Assembly (NCBI GenBank): GCA_963668355.1
Contig: OY764265.1
Span: forward strand, 2,240,001 to 2,304,000
DNA length: 64,000 bases
Source of the DNA: Bdellovibrionota bacterium
GTDB taxonomy: Bacteria; Bdellovibrionota_G; JALEGL01; DATDPG01
Reading direction: 5' to 3'
The first letter of the stretch is position 1, and every line of letters begins with the position of its first letter. Both the position numbers and the translations under genes were made by a program. Positions 44,668 through 55,599 of this stretch are shown in pieces. Below the pieces are notes generated by a model. It was not told the origin of the DNA and ran no database searches. It saw only the letters and a list, made by a program, of their open reading frames with translations.

Positions 44668-45255
44668 ATGGAGAAGAAAAAGGTGGATAAGAACATTCAA
44701 TTCCTTAAGATTTTGTCTGTGAATCGATCTCGTCTCATATATTACGTGGGTTTTCCTGCGCTCATGATCGTGCTCTGCGGTTTTTCTTATTATTTAGGAT
44801 TCAATCGAGGGGCACAATCCATCAAAACCTCCAAAACCCAAAACCCAACCCCATCCGAAGGGGTTCATGAACCCACAGAGGATTTAACCTTTTTTAAGAC
44901 CTTGAAAGAAGATGTCCCCGCTTCGAATCCGAAGAAGGAAGTGGCGGAGAAGCCAACTCCGAAGGTCTCGGCCGCGCCTAAGACCAAACCGGCCCCCAAA
45001 GCCGTCGCGTCGAAAGGAGATTTTGTGATTCAAGTTTCGGCGTTCAAGGACATTGGTCGGGCCCACGAATTGATCGATGTCTTGAAAAACAAAGGATTTC
45101 AAGCCTTTGGCCAACATCGAAGGCGGGGAACTCAGGAGTTTTATCGTGTTTATGTGGGGCCCTTTTTGGCGAAGACCGATGCCGAAAAGGAAGGTCGGAG
45201 GTTGTCTTCGGCTGGGTTTCCAGACCATTTCTTGACCAAGGCTCCAAAAAAGTGA
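44668..45255 (+). CDS. SPOR-domain cell-division protein (FtsN/DedD-like)
   Basis: TM segment, Pro/Lys linker, FVIQVSAF...YRVYVGPF. Confidence 0.85.
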   Translation: MEKKKVDKNIQFLKILSVNRSRLIYYVGFPALMIVLCGFSYYLGFNRGAQSIKTSKTQNPTPSEGVHEPTEDLTFFKTLKEDVPASNPKKEVAEKPTPKVSAAPKTKPAPKAVASKGDFVIQVSAFKDIGRAHELIDVLKNKGFQAFGQHRRRGTQEFYRVYVGPFLAKTDAEKEGRRLSSAGFPDHFLTKAPKK

Positions 45256-46016
45256 GTCGGAAGTCTCGATCGCTCTCTTCGGCCCCGATATTGGTTTGGG
45301 GGGCCCATGTGGTCCAAGAGGCCTTGGACTCGTCCCATGCAGAAATTGAGTCCTTATATATGGTGAATGAGTCCAAATCCCGTCTCAGTGACCTCTTCCA
45401 ACAGGCTCGGAAGCAAAACCTCAAGGTTCATTCAGAAACGCGCCAAAGTCTGACCCAAAAAACCGAAGGCGCGGAACAGCACCAAGGGGTTGCGGCTCGG
45501 GTTCGTTTGCGAACGTATGAGGATGTGCAAGAGGTCATAGATAAGTGCTCATTATCCTTGCCCATTTGGGCTTTGGCCTTGGATCAGGTGACGGACCCCC
45601 GAAATTTGGGGGCCATTTTACGATCCGCCCATTTTTTTGGCGCATCTTGCGTGATTCTTCCCCGAGATCATTCGGCTTCGTTGACCGGCGTGGTGGCCAA
45701 GGCCTCCGCCGGAGCTCTGTTCTCGCTACCTCTGGTCTGGGTCTCCAATTTGGCCAGGGAGATGGAACGGCTCGAACGTCTGGATTTTTGGCGAGTGGGC
45801 TTAGACGCCTCTTCCGAGAGGACTTTGACACAAGCTCTTCCGGAAAAGCGCTCCACACTGCTGGTTTTGGGGAGTGAGGGGAGGGGCTTGCGAGATTTGA
45901 CGGCCAAGCGATGTGACGAATTGGCCAAGTTGTCCATTTCGGGGCATCGAGACAGTTTGAATGTGTCGGTGGCGGCAGGAATTGCCTGTTTTGAAGTAGC
46001 CATGAAGAGGCGTTAA
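45252..46016 (+). CDS. rlmB: 23S rRNA G2251 2'-O-methyltransferase
   Basis: HQGV, LDQVTDPRNLGAILRSA, LGSEGRGL, SLNVSVA. Confidence 0.9.
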   Translation: MSRKSRSLSSAPILVWGAHVVQEALDSSHAEIESLYMVNESKSRLSDLFQQARKQNLKVHSETRQSLTQKTEGAEQHQGVAARVRLRTYEDVQEVIDKCSLSLPIWALALDQVTDPRNLGAILRSAHFFGASCVILPRDHSASLTGVVAKASAGALFSLPLVWVSNLAREMERLERLDFWRVGLDASSERTLTQALPEKRSTLLVLGSEGRGLRDLTAKRCDELAKLSISGHRDSLNVSVAAGIACFEVAMKRR

Positions 46017-46067
46017 TTGAGGCTTTAAAACGACGAAAAAACTTAATAATTTTCTTCCTTTATTTTC

Positions 46068-46097
46068 TTGACACGCTACGCGATTTTACCCTATATA
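46068..46097 (+). promoter_or_regulatory. Sigma-70 promoter of the tRNA-tuf operon
   Basis: TTGACA, TATATA-like -10, GC-rich discriminator CGCGCGC, AT-rich upstream region. Confidence 0.55.
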
Positions 46098-46178
46098 CGC
46101 GCGCTTTCATTCCACGAAAACGTAAGTGAGCATAAGTCAGAAGTGTTGGAAAAAATTAAATTTTTTTGTGCGAGCTAT

Positions 46179-46254
46179 GCTGGCGTAGCTCAATTGGTAG
46201 AGCAGCTGATTTGTAATCAGCAGGTTGCGGGTTCGAGTCCCATCGCCAGCTCCA
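46179..46254 (+). tRNA. tRNA-Thr(TGT)
   Basis: Cloverleaf; GCTGA-TT-TGT-AA-TCAGC; GTTCGA; CCA end. Confidence 0.97.
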
Positions 46255-46294
46255 TTTTAGGACCGATCGACCGCACGGACGGCTTGGATTTTGT

Positions 46295-46380
46295 GGAGAG
46301 GTGCCCGAGCGGCCAAAGGGAGCAGACTGTAAATCTGCCGGCTAATGCCTTCGAAGGTTCGAATCCTTCCCTCTCCACCA
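46295..46380 (+). tRNA. tRNA-Tyr(GTA)
   Basis: GCAGA-CT-GTA-AA-TCTGC; long variable arm; CCA end. Confidence 0.97.
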
Positions 46381-46415
46381 GCTTATTTCGTGGGCTGAGG
46401 GAGGATGTACGGCGA

Positions 46416-46491
46416 GCGGGGGTAGCTCAATTGGTAGAGCATCAGCCTTCCAAGCTGAGGGTCGCGGGTTCGAGCCCCGTTCCCCGCTCCA
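46416..46491 (+). tRNA. tRNA-Gly(TCC)
   Basis: TCAGC-CT-TCC-AA-GCTGA; CCA end. Confidence 0.97.
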
Positions 46492-46586
46492 TTTTTCGTG
46501 GAAAAAAGAATGAAAATCAACGGTTGAAAGATACAAATGGTTTGATAAACAGCGCAAAATTTGTGACCAAGAGGGTCGCAAGCCGC

Positions 46587-46662
<76 letters not shown>

Positions 46663-46691
46663 GCATGCTGAGCAATTAAGGAGAACAGGGA

Positions 46692-47894
46692 ATGTCCAAA
46701 GAAAAGTTTGAGAGAACAAAACCTCATGTGAACGTTGGAACCATTGGTCACGTTGACCATGGAAAAACCACATTAACTGCAGCCATCACCAACGTATTGT
46801 CTACAAAAGGTCTATCGACGTTTAAGGCATATGATGACGTTGCAAAAGCCGATGCGAAGTCTTTCCGACGAGACGCAACCAAGATTTTGACGGTTGCTTT
46901 GGCTCACGTCGAATATGAGTCTGAAAAACGTCACTATGCTCACATCGATTGCCCGGGTCATGCGGACTACATCAAAAACATGATTTCTGGTGCAGCTCAA
47001 ATGGATGGAGCGATTCTCGTGGTTAGCGCGGTTGACGGCCCCATGCCTCAAACCCGTGAGCACATTCTTTTGGCCAGGCAGGTGAACGTCCCAGCCGTTG
47101 TCGTCTTCATGAACAAAGTCGACTTGGTGGACGATCCTGAAATGCTAGAACTCGTTGAAATGGAAGTTCGAGAGCTTCTTTCTAAATACGAATTCGATGG
47201 CGACAACATTCCTGTGGTGAAGGGAAGTGCCATTGGTGCATTGACGGAGCCTGAGGGAGATGCGGCCAAGGCCATTTGGGAGCTCATGGATGCATTGGAT
47301 AGTACGATTCCTGAGCCCGTTCGAGACACCGACAAACCCTTCTTGCTTCCGATTGAAGACGTGTTCTCCATCGAAGGTCGTGGAACGGTTGTTACGGGTC
47401 GTGTTGAGCGTGGAACCATTAAAGTGGGTGAAGACGTTGAAATTGTGGGTCTTCGTGAAACACGCAAGACGGTTTGCACCGGTGTTGAGATGTTCAAAAA
47501 ACTTCTCGACCAAGGTCAAGCTGGCGACAATATCGGCGCCTTGATTCGAGGAGTTAAACGGGATGAAGTTGAGCGCGGACAGGTTTTGTGCAAACCCGGC
47601 TCAATCACACCTCATACACAATTCAAAGCAACGGCCTATATCTTGAAGAAAGACGAGGGTGGAAGACACACGCCTTTCTTTAAAGGATATCGTCCTCAAT
47701 TCTTCTTCAGAACAACCGACGTGACGGGTGTTATGACGTTGAAAGAAGGCGTCGAGATGGTTATGCCGGGCGACAACGTTGAAGTTGAAGTTGAACTCAT
47801 CAGCCCAATCGCGATGGAAAAAGAAAGCCGATTCGCCATTCGTGAAGGCGGCCGTACGGTTGGTGCCGGTGTGGTCTCTGAGGTCATCAAGTAA
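46692..47894 (+). CDS. tuf: Elongation factor Tu
   Basis: [29 protein letters not shown]. Confidence 0.98.
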   Translation: MSKEKFERTKPHVNVGTIGHVDHGKTTLTAAITNVLSTKGLSTFKAYDDVAKADAKSFRRDATKILTVALAHVEYESEKRHYAHIDCPGHADYIKNMISGAAQMDGAILVVSAVDGPMPQTREHILLARQVNVPAVVVFMNKVDLVDDPEMLELVEMEVRELLSKYEFDGDNIPVVKGSAIGALTEPEGDAAKAIWELMDALDSTIPEPVRDTDKPFLLPIEDVFSIEGRGTVVTGRVERGTIKVGEDVEIVGLRETRKTVCTGVEMFKKLLDQGQAGDNIGALIRGVKRDEVERGQVLCKPGSITPHTQFKATAYILKKDEGGRHTPFFKGYRPQFFFRTTDVTGVMTLKEGVEMVMPGDNVEVEVELISPIAMEKESRFAIREGGRTVGAGVVSEVIK

Positions 47895-47912
47895 GTAATT
47901 AAGGAGTGACGT

Positions 47913-48062
47913 GTGCGCACCATTATTCACTTAGAGTGCACCGCTTGTAAGCGGAAGAACTATTCGACGACGAAAAACAAGCGGACGAATAGTGAGAAGC
48001 TCGTGCGAAAGAAATTTTGCCGATCTTGCCGCAAACATACGGAGCATAAGGAAACCAAATAA
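47913..48062 (+). CDS. rpmG: 50S ribosomal protein L33 (Zn-ribbon form)
   Basis: GTG start after [30 protein letters not shown]...[17 protein letters not shown] (49 aa, below the ORF-track cutoff). Confidence 0.95.
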   Translation: MRTIIHLECTACKRKNYSTTKNKRTNSEKLVRKKFCRSCRKHTEHKETK

Positions 48063-48082
48063 TCCGATTGGAATGAACGACC

Positions 48083-48463
48083 ATGGGAAGTGAAAAGAAA
48101 TGGATCTATTTGAGCTACATCACGGCGACCTTGATGTTGTCGTGGGTCTTGGACAAAGTGCTCAAACTGATTGCCGGGGTGGCCAATCTGTCCAACCCGA
48201 TGTTTATGGGCGTGGTGAGAACCTCGACGGTGATTTCTGTCGTGGTGATGAGCATCATTGCCTATTTTTACTTCCGTCGACCTAAGGTCGATGCCTTCTC
48301 TCAGGATGTCATTCAAGAGGTGAAGAAGGTTACGTGGCCTCCACGAAAGAACGTTTATATGTCCACCATTGTTGTGGTCATTGGCGTGCTGATTGTGGCT
48401 GTCATTTTAGGGTTATACGACTGGCTTTGCGCAAGCCTGGTTGGGTTAATGATTAGTAGTTAG
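48083..48463 (+). CDS. secE: Preprotein translocase SecE
   Basis: EVKKVTWP motif; three TM segments; synteny. Confidence 0.92.
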   Translation: MGSEKKWIYLSYITATLMLSWVLDKVLKLIAGVANLSNPMFMGVVRTSTVISVVVMSIIAYFYFRRPKVDAFSQDVIQEVKKVTWPPRKNVYMSTIVVVIGVLIVAVILGLYDWLCASLVGLMISS

Positions 48464-48479
48464 TTGCGCGCTAACCCTC

Positions 48480-49172
48480 TTGTCAGAAAGAACTGCAGTG
48501 AGTGAACAAGAAAACAATGAGTTAGAATCGACTGGCGCATCCACGGCTGAGGTGGAAGAGTCCAATGTTTCTCAGGATACCCCTGTTGAACAGGACGCTG
48601 CTTCGAAGTCAGCTCAGGAAGCTCCCTCGTCTTCTGCCAAAGAGGATATGAAGTGGTATGTTGTGCACACGTACTCTGGTTTTGAGAACAAAGCCAAAAA
48701 GGCTTTGGAAGAACGTGTGGTGAGTTTGGGGAAGGAACAAGAGTTCGGTCAGGTGCTGGTTCCCTCAGAAAACGTCGTTGAGATGGTTCAGGGGAAAAAG
48801 AAGACGACGACCAAAAAATTCTTTCCCGGATACATCATGGTTCAAATGAACCTGTCTGAAGAGACATGGCATATTGTAAAGAATACTCCCAAAATTACGG
48901 GATTTGTGGGGGGAGGCATTAACCCTCCTGCGGTCCCAGAAGTCGAAGTCAACCGAATCGTCAAACAGATGTCTGAAGGGGCCGAAACGCCGAAAATGCG
49001 AACTACCTTTGAAAAGGGTGAGAGCGTTCGAGTTATTGATGGTCCGTTCCAGAATTTCAATGGTTTGGTGGATGAAGTGAAGCCTGACAAGGGCAAGCTT
49101 CGCGTCTTGGTGAGTATTTTTGGACGTTCTACTCCGGTGGAGTTGGACTTTATTCAAGTGGAGAAGAACTAA
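48480..49172 (+). CDS. nusG: Transcription factor NusG with an acidic N-terminal extension (start uncertain)
   Basis: [19 protein letters not shown] motif [16 protein letters not shown]. Confidence 0.95.
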   Translation: MSERTAVSEQENNELESTGASTAEVEESNVSQDTPVEQDAASKSAQEAPSSSAKEDMKWYVVHTYSGFENKAKKALEERVVSLGKEQEFGQVLVPSENVVEMVQGKKKTTTKKFFPGYIMVQMNLSEETWHIVKNTPKITGFVGGGINPPAVPEVEVNRIVKQMSEGAETPKMRTTFEKGESVRVIDGPFQNFNGLVDEVKPDKGKLRVLVSIFGRSTPVELDFIQVEKN

Positions 49173-49173
49173 A

Positions 49174-49602
49174 ATGGCAGCGAAGAAAGTACAGGCGATT
49201 GTCAAATTGCAGATTCCTGCGGGGAAAGCCAATCCGGCTCCTCCTGTGGGTCCAGCCTTGGGGCAGCATGGTGTAAATATCATGGACTTCTGCAAACAGT
49301 TCAATGCGGCAACGGCAAAAGAAGGTGACACGATCATTCCGGTGGTCATCACCATTTATGCCGATCGATCGTTTACATTTATTACAAAGACGCCACCGGC
49401 TTCAGATTTGTTGAAGAAGGCTGCAAGCGTGAAAAAAGGGTCCGGTGAACCCAACAAAAATAAAGTTGGAAAAGTGACCCGTGCGAAGGTGGAAGAAATC
49501 GCGAAACTAAAGAATCCAGACTTAACCGCTGCTGACCTCAAAGCCGCAATGAAGACGATTGAGGGGACAGCACGAAGTATGGGACTTGAGGTAATAGGGT
49601 AA
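49174..49602 (+). CDS. rplK: 50S ribosomal protein L11
   Basis: [26 protein letters not shown]. Confidence 0.97.
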   Translation: MAAKKVQAIVKLQIPAGKANPAPPVGPALGQHGVNIMDFCKQFNAATAKEGDTIIPVVITIYADRSFTFITKTPPASDLLKKAASVKKGSGEPNKNKVGKVTRAKVEEIAKLKNPDLTAADLKAAMKTIEGTARSMGLEVIG

Positions 49603-49607
49603 AAATA

Positions 49608-50300
49608 ATGGCAAAAATAGGTAAGCGCTACAATGCGAGCGCGAAAACATACGACAGGCAGAAATTGCACACCGTGTCGGAGGCGTTGGATCTCCTCGCC
49701 GAAATGCCTAAAGCCAAGTTCAACGAAACCGTTGAGCTCTCGGTTCGTTTGGGGGTTAACCCCAAGCATGCGGATCAGATGGTCCGAGGTTCTGTGAGTC
49801 TTCCTCATGGAACAGGTAAAGATGTACGGGTGTTGGTTTTTGCTAAAGGTGAAAAAGAACAGGAAGCTCGGGATGCTGGAGCGGATGAGGTTGGAAGTGA
49901 CGACTTGGTGAAAAAAATCCAGGGCGGCTGGTTTGACTTCGACAAGGTTGTGGCAACCCCTGACATGATGGGTTCGGTGGGTAAAATCGGAAAACTTTTG
50001 GGACCTCGTGGTTTGATGCCCAATCCCAAAACCGGAACCGTGACCATGGATGTTAAAAAGGCTGTAGAGGAACTAAAGGCTGGAAAGGTGGATTATCGGG
50101 TCGATAAAGGCGGTGTGGTTCACACTGTGATCGGCCGAGCCTCCTTTGAAAAGCAAAAGTTGGAAGAAAACTTTTCTTCGTTGATGGATTCCATCGTTAA
50201 AGCGAAGCCATCAACAGCCAAAGGAACCTATCTAAAGAGCATTACGATTTCGACAACGATGGGTCCGGGCGTGCGACTTGATCCCGGTACTGCGGGATAA
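49608..50300 (+). CDS. rplA: 50S ribosomal protein L1
   Basis: [29 protein letters not shown]. Confidence 0.98.
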   Translation: MAKIGKRYNASAKTYDRQKLHTVSEALDLLAEMPKAKFNETVELSVRLGVNPKHADQMVRGSVSLPHGTGKDVRVLVFAKGEKEQEARDAGADEVGSDDLVKKIQGGWFDFDKVVATPDMMGSVGKIGKLLGPRGLMPNPKTGTVTMDVKKAVEELKAGKVDYRVDKGGVVHTVIGRASFEKQKLEENFSSLMDSIVKAKPSTAKGTYLKSITISTTMGPGVRLDPGTAG

Positions 50301-50309
50301 GGAGTAGCT

Positions 50310-50849
50310 ATGCCAAGCACAAATCGAATTTCAAAAGAGAATATGGTTCAAGGCATAAAAGAGTCGATTTCTTCGGCTCAAGCCGCAATCCTAGCTGAGC
50401 AATCTGGCATTACCGTGGAAAAGGTGACGGAGCTTCGTGCGAAGTTACGTGAGCAAAACATCTTTTTCAAAGTGATGAAAAATACGCTGGCCAAACGAGC
50501 GATCGAAGATACTTCCCTGGCGGAGTTGAAGGATCACTTGAGTGGCCCGAATATCTTAGCCGTAACCTCGGATGACCCCGTGGGCATGGCCAAAGCTTTG
50601 GTCGAGTTTGCCAAGCAAGAAAAAGAAAAACTTGTAATCAAGGCTGGTGTTTTGGATGGAAAACTCCTGGACGCCAAAGAAGTAGTGGCGTTGGCGACAA
50701 TCCCCCCCCGAGAAGTCCTTCTTGGGCGTTTGGTTGGGGCTTTGCAGTCGCCGTACGCTGGTCTCGTTTACACCCTTTCCGGGGTTCTTCGGAAGTTCGT
50801 GTACGCCCTTGAAGCGATCCGAAGTCAAAAAGAAGAACAGGGCAAGTAG
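50310..50849 (+). CDS. rplJ: 50S ribosomal protein L10
   Basis: KVMKNTL, LSGPN, LATIPPREVL; synteny. Confidence 0.95.
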   Translation: MPSTNRISKENMVQGIKESISSAQAAILAEQSGITVEKVTELRAKLREQNIFFKVMKNTLAKRAIEDTSLAELKDHLSGPNILAVTSDDPVGMAKALVEFAKQEKEKLVIKAGVLDGKLLDAKEVVALATIPPREVLLGRLVGALQSPYAGLVYTLSGVLRKFVYALEAIRSQKEEQGK

Positions 50850-50870
50850 AAACTGGAGGACTTAAGAGTC

Positions 50871-51254
50871 ATGGCAACGAAAATTACGAAAGAAGAACTG
50901 GTTGAATTTGTAGAATCAATGACCGTTCTCGAGCTCAAAGAGCTTGTGGAAACCTTGGAAGAAAAATTTGGCGTATCTGCTGCCCCTGTGGCGGTTGCTG
51001 GCGCAGCTCCTGCGGCTGGCGCAGCTGAAGCAGCTGAAGAAAAAACCGAGTTTACGGTTCAGCTGACAGCTGCTGGCGACAAAAAGATCCAGGTCATTAA
51101 GGTTGTGCGTGCCCTCACTGGGTTGGGACTTAAAGAAGCCAAAGAGTTGGTGGATAACGCTCCCAAGCCTGTCAAAGAGAACATCGCAAAAGAAGAAGCA
51201 GAAAAAATCAAAGCAGATCTCGAAAACGAAGGCGCGACGGTCGAACTTGTTTAA
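50871..51254 (+). CDS. rplL: 50S ribosomal protein L7/L12
   Basis: [27 protein letters not shown]. Confidence 0.98.
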   Translation: MATKITKEELVEFVESMTVLELKELVETLEEKFGVSAAPVAVAGAAPAAGAAEAAEEKTEFTVQLTAAGDKKIQVIKVVRALTGLGLKEAKELVDNAPKPVKENIAKEEAEKIKADLENEGATVELV

Positions 51255-51431
51255 GTTTGGTCGGTCAAGGATCGCCAATTTCGTGGGCTTGAGCGTTTTT
51301 CATACTCGAATTCGATCTCCCTTTGGAGATATGCGTATTCGTGCGTTTGAGCACACCTGTTTTATTCCCTTTGAAGGCCGAAAAGGCCTTTAAAGGGGGA
51401 GAGTTAATTTAACCGCGAGGTACGAATAACC

Positions 51432-54400
51432 ATGGCACCACTTGTCAGTCATATGCATCGAACCCGAAAGTCGTTCTCGAAGATCAAGAGAGTAACGGAC
51501 ATCCCAAACTTAATTGAGATTCAAAAACGCTCTTACGACACGTTCCTCCAGGCAGATGTTCCTGAGCACGAGCGAAAAGATGTGGGTCTTCAGGCCGTCT
51601 TTAAGTCTGTGTTTCCGATCAAAGACTTCAATGAAACGGCTTCTTTGGAGTTTGTTTCATATAAGTTGGATGCTCCGAAATATGATGTGGATGAATGCCA
51701 TGAACGAGGGATGACGTTTGCGGCTCCCCTTCGCGTGGTGGTTCGTTTGGTGGTCTGGGATACTTCGGATACGGCCGGACCTCAGTCCATTCGAGACGTA
51801 AAGGAACAAGAGGTTTATTTCGGAGAAATTCCGCTGATGACGGATGCAGGTACATTCATCATTAACGGTACCGAGCGCGTTGTGGTGAGTCAGCTTCACC
51901 GTTCTCCAGGAGTCTTTTTTGACTCCGATAAAGCCAAGGCCGGAAAGGGAGCCATTCCTTATACAGCTCGTGTCTTGCCTTACCGCGGTTCCTGGTTGGA
52001 TTTTGAGATCGATCATCGAGACATGGTGTATGTTCGAATTGATCGACGCCGAAAAATGCCGGCGACAGTATTGCTTCGAGCCTTGGGTTTCAATGAGGAG
52101 CAGTTGCTGAACTACTTCTATAAAGCCGAAGAAATCAAGATCGGTGCCAAGGGAGTGTTGAGCAAGGAAGTCGTTCCTGAGCTTCTTTCGGGACAGCGCG
52201 TATGCAAAGACATCAAGCATCCCAAAACGGGCACCGTCATTGTGAAGAAGGGGCGAAAGCTTTCCACCATCGCCGTTCGGAAGATCGTGGAAGCCAAGCT
52301 CAAAGATATCCCCGTAGTTTTGGAGGATATCATCGGTCGAGTGGCGGCTAAAGACATCGTTGATCCCAAAACGGGTGAGGTGGTTTTGGAGGTTGGAAAA
52401 GAGTTCACGGAAGAGGTCTTTGAAGAACTCAAAACGCGTGGAATCAAATCGTTTCCTCTTTTGTTCATTGATGGGATTAGTGTCAGCGCGGCACTGAAAA
52501 ACACGTTGGCTGGCGATAAGGTTGCTAATGCCAATGAAGCCTTGCTTGAGATTTATTCTCGCCTCCGACCTGGAGATCCTCCCACGTTGGAAACGGCGAC
52601 GGCCTTTTTTGAAAATTTATTCTTCAATCCAGAACGCTATGACCTTTCGATGGTGGGTCGATTGAAGGTGAACCATAAATTTGATTTGGAAACGGATTTA
52701 ACCATTCGAACGCTTCAACCCGAAGACATCCTTTCAACGGTTCGTTACTTGATTGAATTGCGGAATGGTCGGGGAGAAATTGACGATATCGATCACTTGG
52801 GGAATCGACGTGTGCGTGCGGTTGGTGAATTGGTTGAAATTCAGTACCGCATTGGTCTTTTGAGAATGGAGCGGGCCATTCGTGAGCGAATGAGTTTGCA
52901 AGAGGTGGAAACCCTCATGCCACATGAGCTCATCAACTCCAAACCCGTCTTGGCTGTGATTAAAGAGTTCTTTGGTTCCAGTCAGCTTTCTCAGTTCATG
53001 GATCAAACCAATCCACTTTCATCGGTCACGCATAAGCGACGTTTGTCTGCTTTGGGACCAGGTGGATTGACCCGTGAAAGAGCGGGCTTTGAGGTTCGTG
53101 ATGTTCATTCGACGCACTATGCGCGAATTTGTCCGATTGAAACGCCCGAAGGTCCAAACATTGGATTGATCGCTTCTCTTTCGACATTTGCGCGCGTGAA
53201 TGAGTTCGGTTTTGTCGAAACACCCTATCGAAAAGTCGAAAAAGGAAGGGCAACCGAAGAAACGGTCTTCTGTTCTGCACTAGAAGAGGAAAAGCACATT
53301 ATCGCACAGGCAAATGCTCCTTTGGATCCGAAGGGTAAGTTTGTGAATGAATTTGTTTCTGCTCGAAAAGGTGGAGACTTTGTTCAAGCCAAGCCGGATG
53401 AGATTACTCTCATGGACGTTTCTCCGAACCAGTTGGTGTCGGTGGCTACTTCGTTGATTCCATTTTTGGAAAATGACGACGCAAACCGAGCTCTCATGGG
53501 ATCGAACATGCAACGTCAGGCCGTTCCTTTGCTCATTACAGAGGCTCCATTGGTTGGAACGGGGATTGAACCCATTGTGGCTCGTGACTCCGGAAGTTCC
53601 TTGGCGGCTGCGGATGAGGGAATTGTGGATTCTGTAGATGCTTCCCGCGTAGTGATTAAGGGAGATCCTTCTGATCCGGAAAGATCGGGTTCTGTCGATA
53701 TTTACAATTTGGTGAAGTATCAACGGTCCAATCAAGGCACATGCATCAACCAAAAACCTGTGGTTCGCAGAGGAGATCGGGTGAGCCAAGGGGATGTCAT
53801 TGTGGATGGTCCTTCGACCGACCGGGGTGAACTGGCCTTGGGTCGAAATGTCATCGTCGCATTCATGCCTTGGAATGGATACAACTTTGAGGACTCCATT
53901 TTACTCTCTGAGCGATTGGTTACAGAGGATGTCTTTACATCCATCCATATTGAATCCTTCGAGATCGTGGCTCGAGACACCAAGCTTGGGCAAGAGGAGA
54001 TCACCAGAGATATTCCAAACGTGGGTGAGGAAGCTTTGGGGAACTTGGATGAGGCAGGAATTATCCGAATTGGTGCTGAAGTAGCTCCAGGAGACATTCT
54101 GGTTGGAAAGGTTACGCCCAAAGGTGAGACACAGCTTTCTCCGGAAGAAAAGCTTTTGAGAGCCATTTTCGGTGACAAGGCTGGTGACGTAAAGGACACC
54201 TCTCTTCGTGTTCCTCCCGGAGTCAATGGAATTGTCTTGGATGCAAAGTTCTTTCAACGTGAAGGAGTCGAAAAAGATTCTCGAACCAAAGAGATTGAGG
54301 AAGTTGAAACGCGTCGGTTGTTGCAAGACCAAGAAGATCAGATCAAGATCATCAAAGAATCTTCTTATGATCGAATCCAGAGCTTGCTCGTGGGACGAAC

Positions 54401-55586
54401 CTCCTCTGTTAAATTGGAAGACGAACAGGGCGAGACCATTCTTTCCAAAGGCAAGAAAATCGATGAGTCGGTTTTGGCGAAGGTTCCTCGCTATCGATGG
54501 AAAGAGATTTCTGTGACGAAAGGCGAAGAGGTTGAGACTGAGATCCAATTGATTCTGGAAAACCTCAAAGAGCAAATTAATTTCGTTAAAACGGTGTTCA
54601 ACGAAAAAATTGATCGACTGAAAGCGGCCGATGAATTGCCTCCTGGCGTCATTAAAATGGTCAAGGTGTATGTGGCCATTAAGCGAAAAATCCAAGTGGG
54701 TGACAAAATGGCCGGTCGGCATGGAAACAAAGGTGTCGTTTCCAAGATCACTCCGGTCGAAGATATGCCTTATTTAGAGGACGGAACTCCTGTGGATGTG
54801 GTGTTAAACCCCTTGGGTGTTCCTTCCCGAATGAATGTCGGACAGATTTTGGAGACCCATTTGGGTTGGGCGGCTCGTGGATTGGGCCAAAAGCTCGATC
54901 AACACCTTCGAGAAAATTATGCGCCGGATAAGTTGCGAAAGTTCCTGAAGAAGGTCTACACGATGAAGGAGACCGAGGGACTTATTGATGCAATGAGTGA
55001 GGAAGAGGTGACGAACGTTTGTCGTCGCTTGGCCAAGGAGGGTGTCCACATGGCCACCTCCGTATTCGATGGAGCTCATGATGGTGACATCAAGGAGCTT
55101 CTGGACATGGCCGGATATTCTCAAGACGGTCAGAGCGTTCTGTTCAACGGAAAAACCGGAGAGCAGTTCGAAAACAAAGTGACCGTAGGTGTGATGTACA
55201 TGCTTAAGTTGCATCACTTGGTGGATGATAAGATTCATGCTCGTTCCATTGGACCATACTCTTTGGTTACGCAGCAGCCTTTGGGTGGTAAAGCTCAGTT
55301 TGGTGGCCAGCGACTGGGAGAAATGGAAGTGTGGGCTTTGGAAGCTTATGGAGCTGCCTATGCCCTGCAGGAATTCTTGACGGTGAAGTCGGATGACATC
55401 GGAGGTCGAACTCGGATGTACGAAGGCATTGTGAAGGGTGAAAACTCCTTAGAAGTTGGGATTCCAGAATCATTTAATGTGTTGTTGAAGGAGCTTCAAG
55501 CCTTGTCGTTGGATGTGGAATTGCTTGAGGCCGAAAACCAGGAACCGGCTGAAATCACCAGCGCGGATCAAATTCAAGCCCTTTAA
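51432..55586 (+). CDS. rpoB: RNA polymerase beta subunit
   Basis: [39 protein letters not shown]. Confidence 0.99.
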   Translation: MAPLVSHMHRTRKSFSKIKRVTDIPNLIEIQKRSYDTFLQADVPEHERKDVGLQAVFKSVFPIKDFNETASLEFVSYKLDAPKYDVDECHERGMTFAAPLRVVVRLVVWDTSDTAGPQSIRDVKEQEVYFGEIPLMTDAGTFIINGTERVVVSQLHRSPGVFFDSDKAKAGKGAIPYTARVLPYRGSWLDFEIDHRDMVYVRIDRRRKMPATVLLRALGFNEEQLLNYFYKAEEIKIGAKGVLSKEVVPELLSGQRVCKDIKHPKTGTVIVKKGRKLSTIAVRKIVEAKLKDIPVVLEDIIGRVAAKDIVDPKTGEVVLEVGKEFTEEVFEELKTRGIKSFPLLFIDGISVSAALKNTLAGDKVANANEALLEIYSRLRPGDPPTLETATAFFENLFFNPERYDLSMVGRLKVNHKFDLETDLTIRTLQPEDILSTVRYLIELRNGRGEIDDIDHLGNRRVRAVGELVEIQYRIGLLRMERAIRERMSLQEVETLMPHELINSKPVLAVIKEFFGSSQLSQFMDQTNPLSSVTHKRRLSALGPGGLTRERAGFEVRDVHSTHYARICPIETPEGPNIGLIASLSTFARVNEFGFVETPYRKVEKGRATEETVFCSALEEEKHIIAQANAPLDPKGKFVNEFVSARKGGDFVQAKPDEITLMDVSPNQLVSVATSLIPFLENDDANRALMGSNMQRQAVPLLITEAPLVGTGIEPIVARDSGSSLAAADEGIVDSVDASRVVIKGDPSDPERSGSVDIYNLVKYQRSNQGTCINQKPVVRRGDRVSQGDVIVDGPSTDRGELALGRNVIVAFMPWNGYNFEDSILLSERLVTEDVFTSIHIESFEIVARDTKLGQEEITRDIPNVGEEALGNLDEAGIIRIGAEVAPGDILVGKVTPKGETQLSPEEKLLRAIFGDKAGDVKDTSLRVPPGVNGIVLDAKFFQREGVEKDSRTKEIEEVETRRLLQDQEDQIKIIKESSYDRIQSLLVGRTSSVKLEDEQGETILSKGKKIDESVLAKVPRYRWKEISVTKGEEVETEIQLILENLKEQINFVKTVFNEKIDRLKAADELPPGVIKMVKVYVAIKRKIQVGDKMAGRHGNKGVVSKITPVEDMPYLEDGTPVDVVLNPLGVPSRMNVGQILETHLGWAARGLGQKLDQHLRENYAPDKLRKFLKKVYTMKETEGLIDAMSEEEVTNVCRRLAKEGVHMATSVFDGAHDGDIKELLDMAGYSQDGQSVLFNGKTGEQFENKVTVGVMYMLKLHHLVDDKIHARSIGPYSLVTQQPLGGKAQFGGQRLGEMEVWALEAYGAAYALQEFLTVKSDDIGGRTRMYEGIVKGENSLEVGIPESFNVLLKELQALSLDVELLEAENQEPAEITSADQIQAL

Positions 55587-55599
55587 GTAGGAGAGAAAC

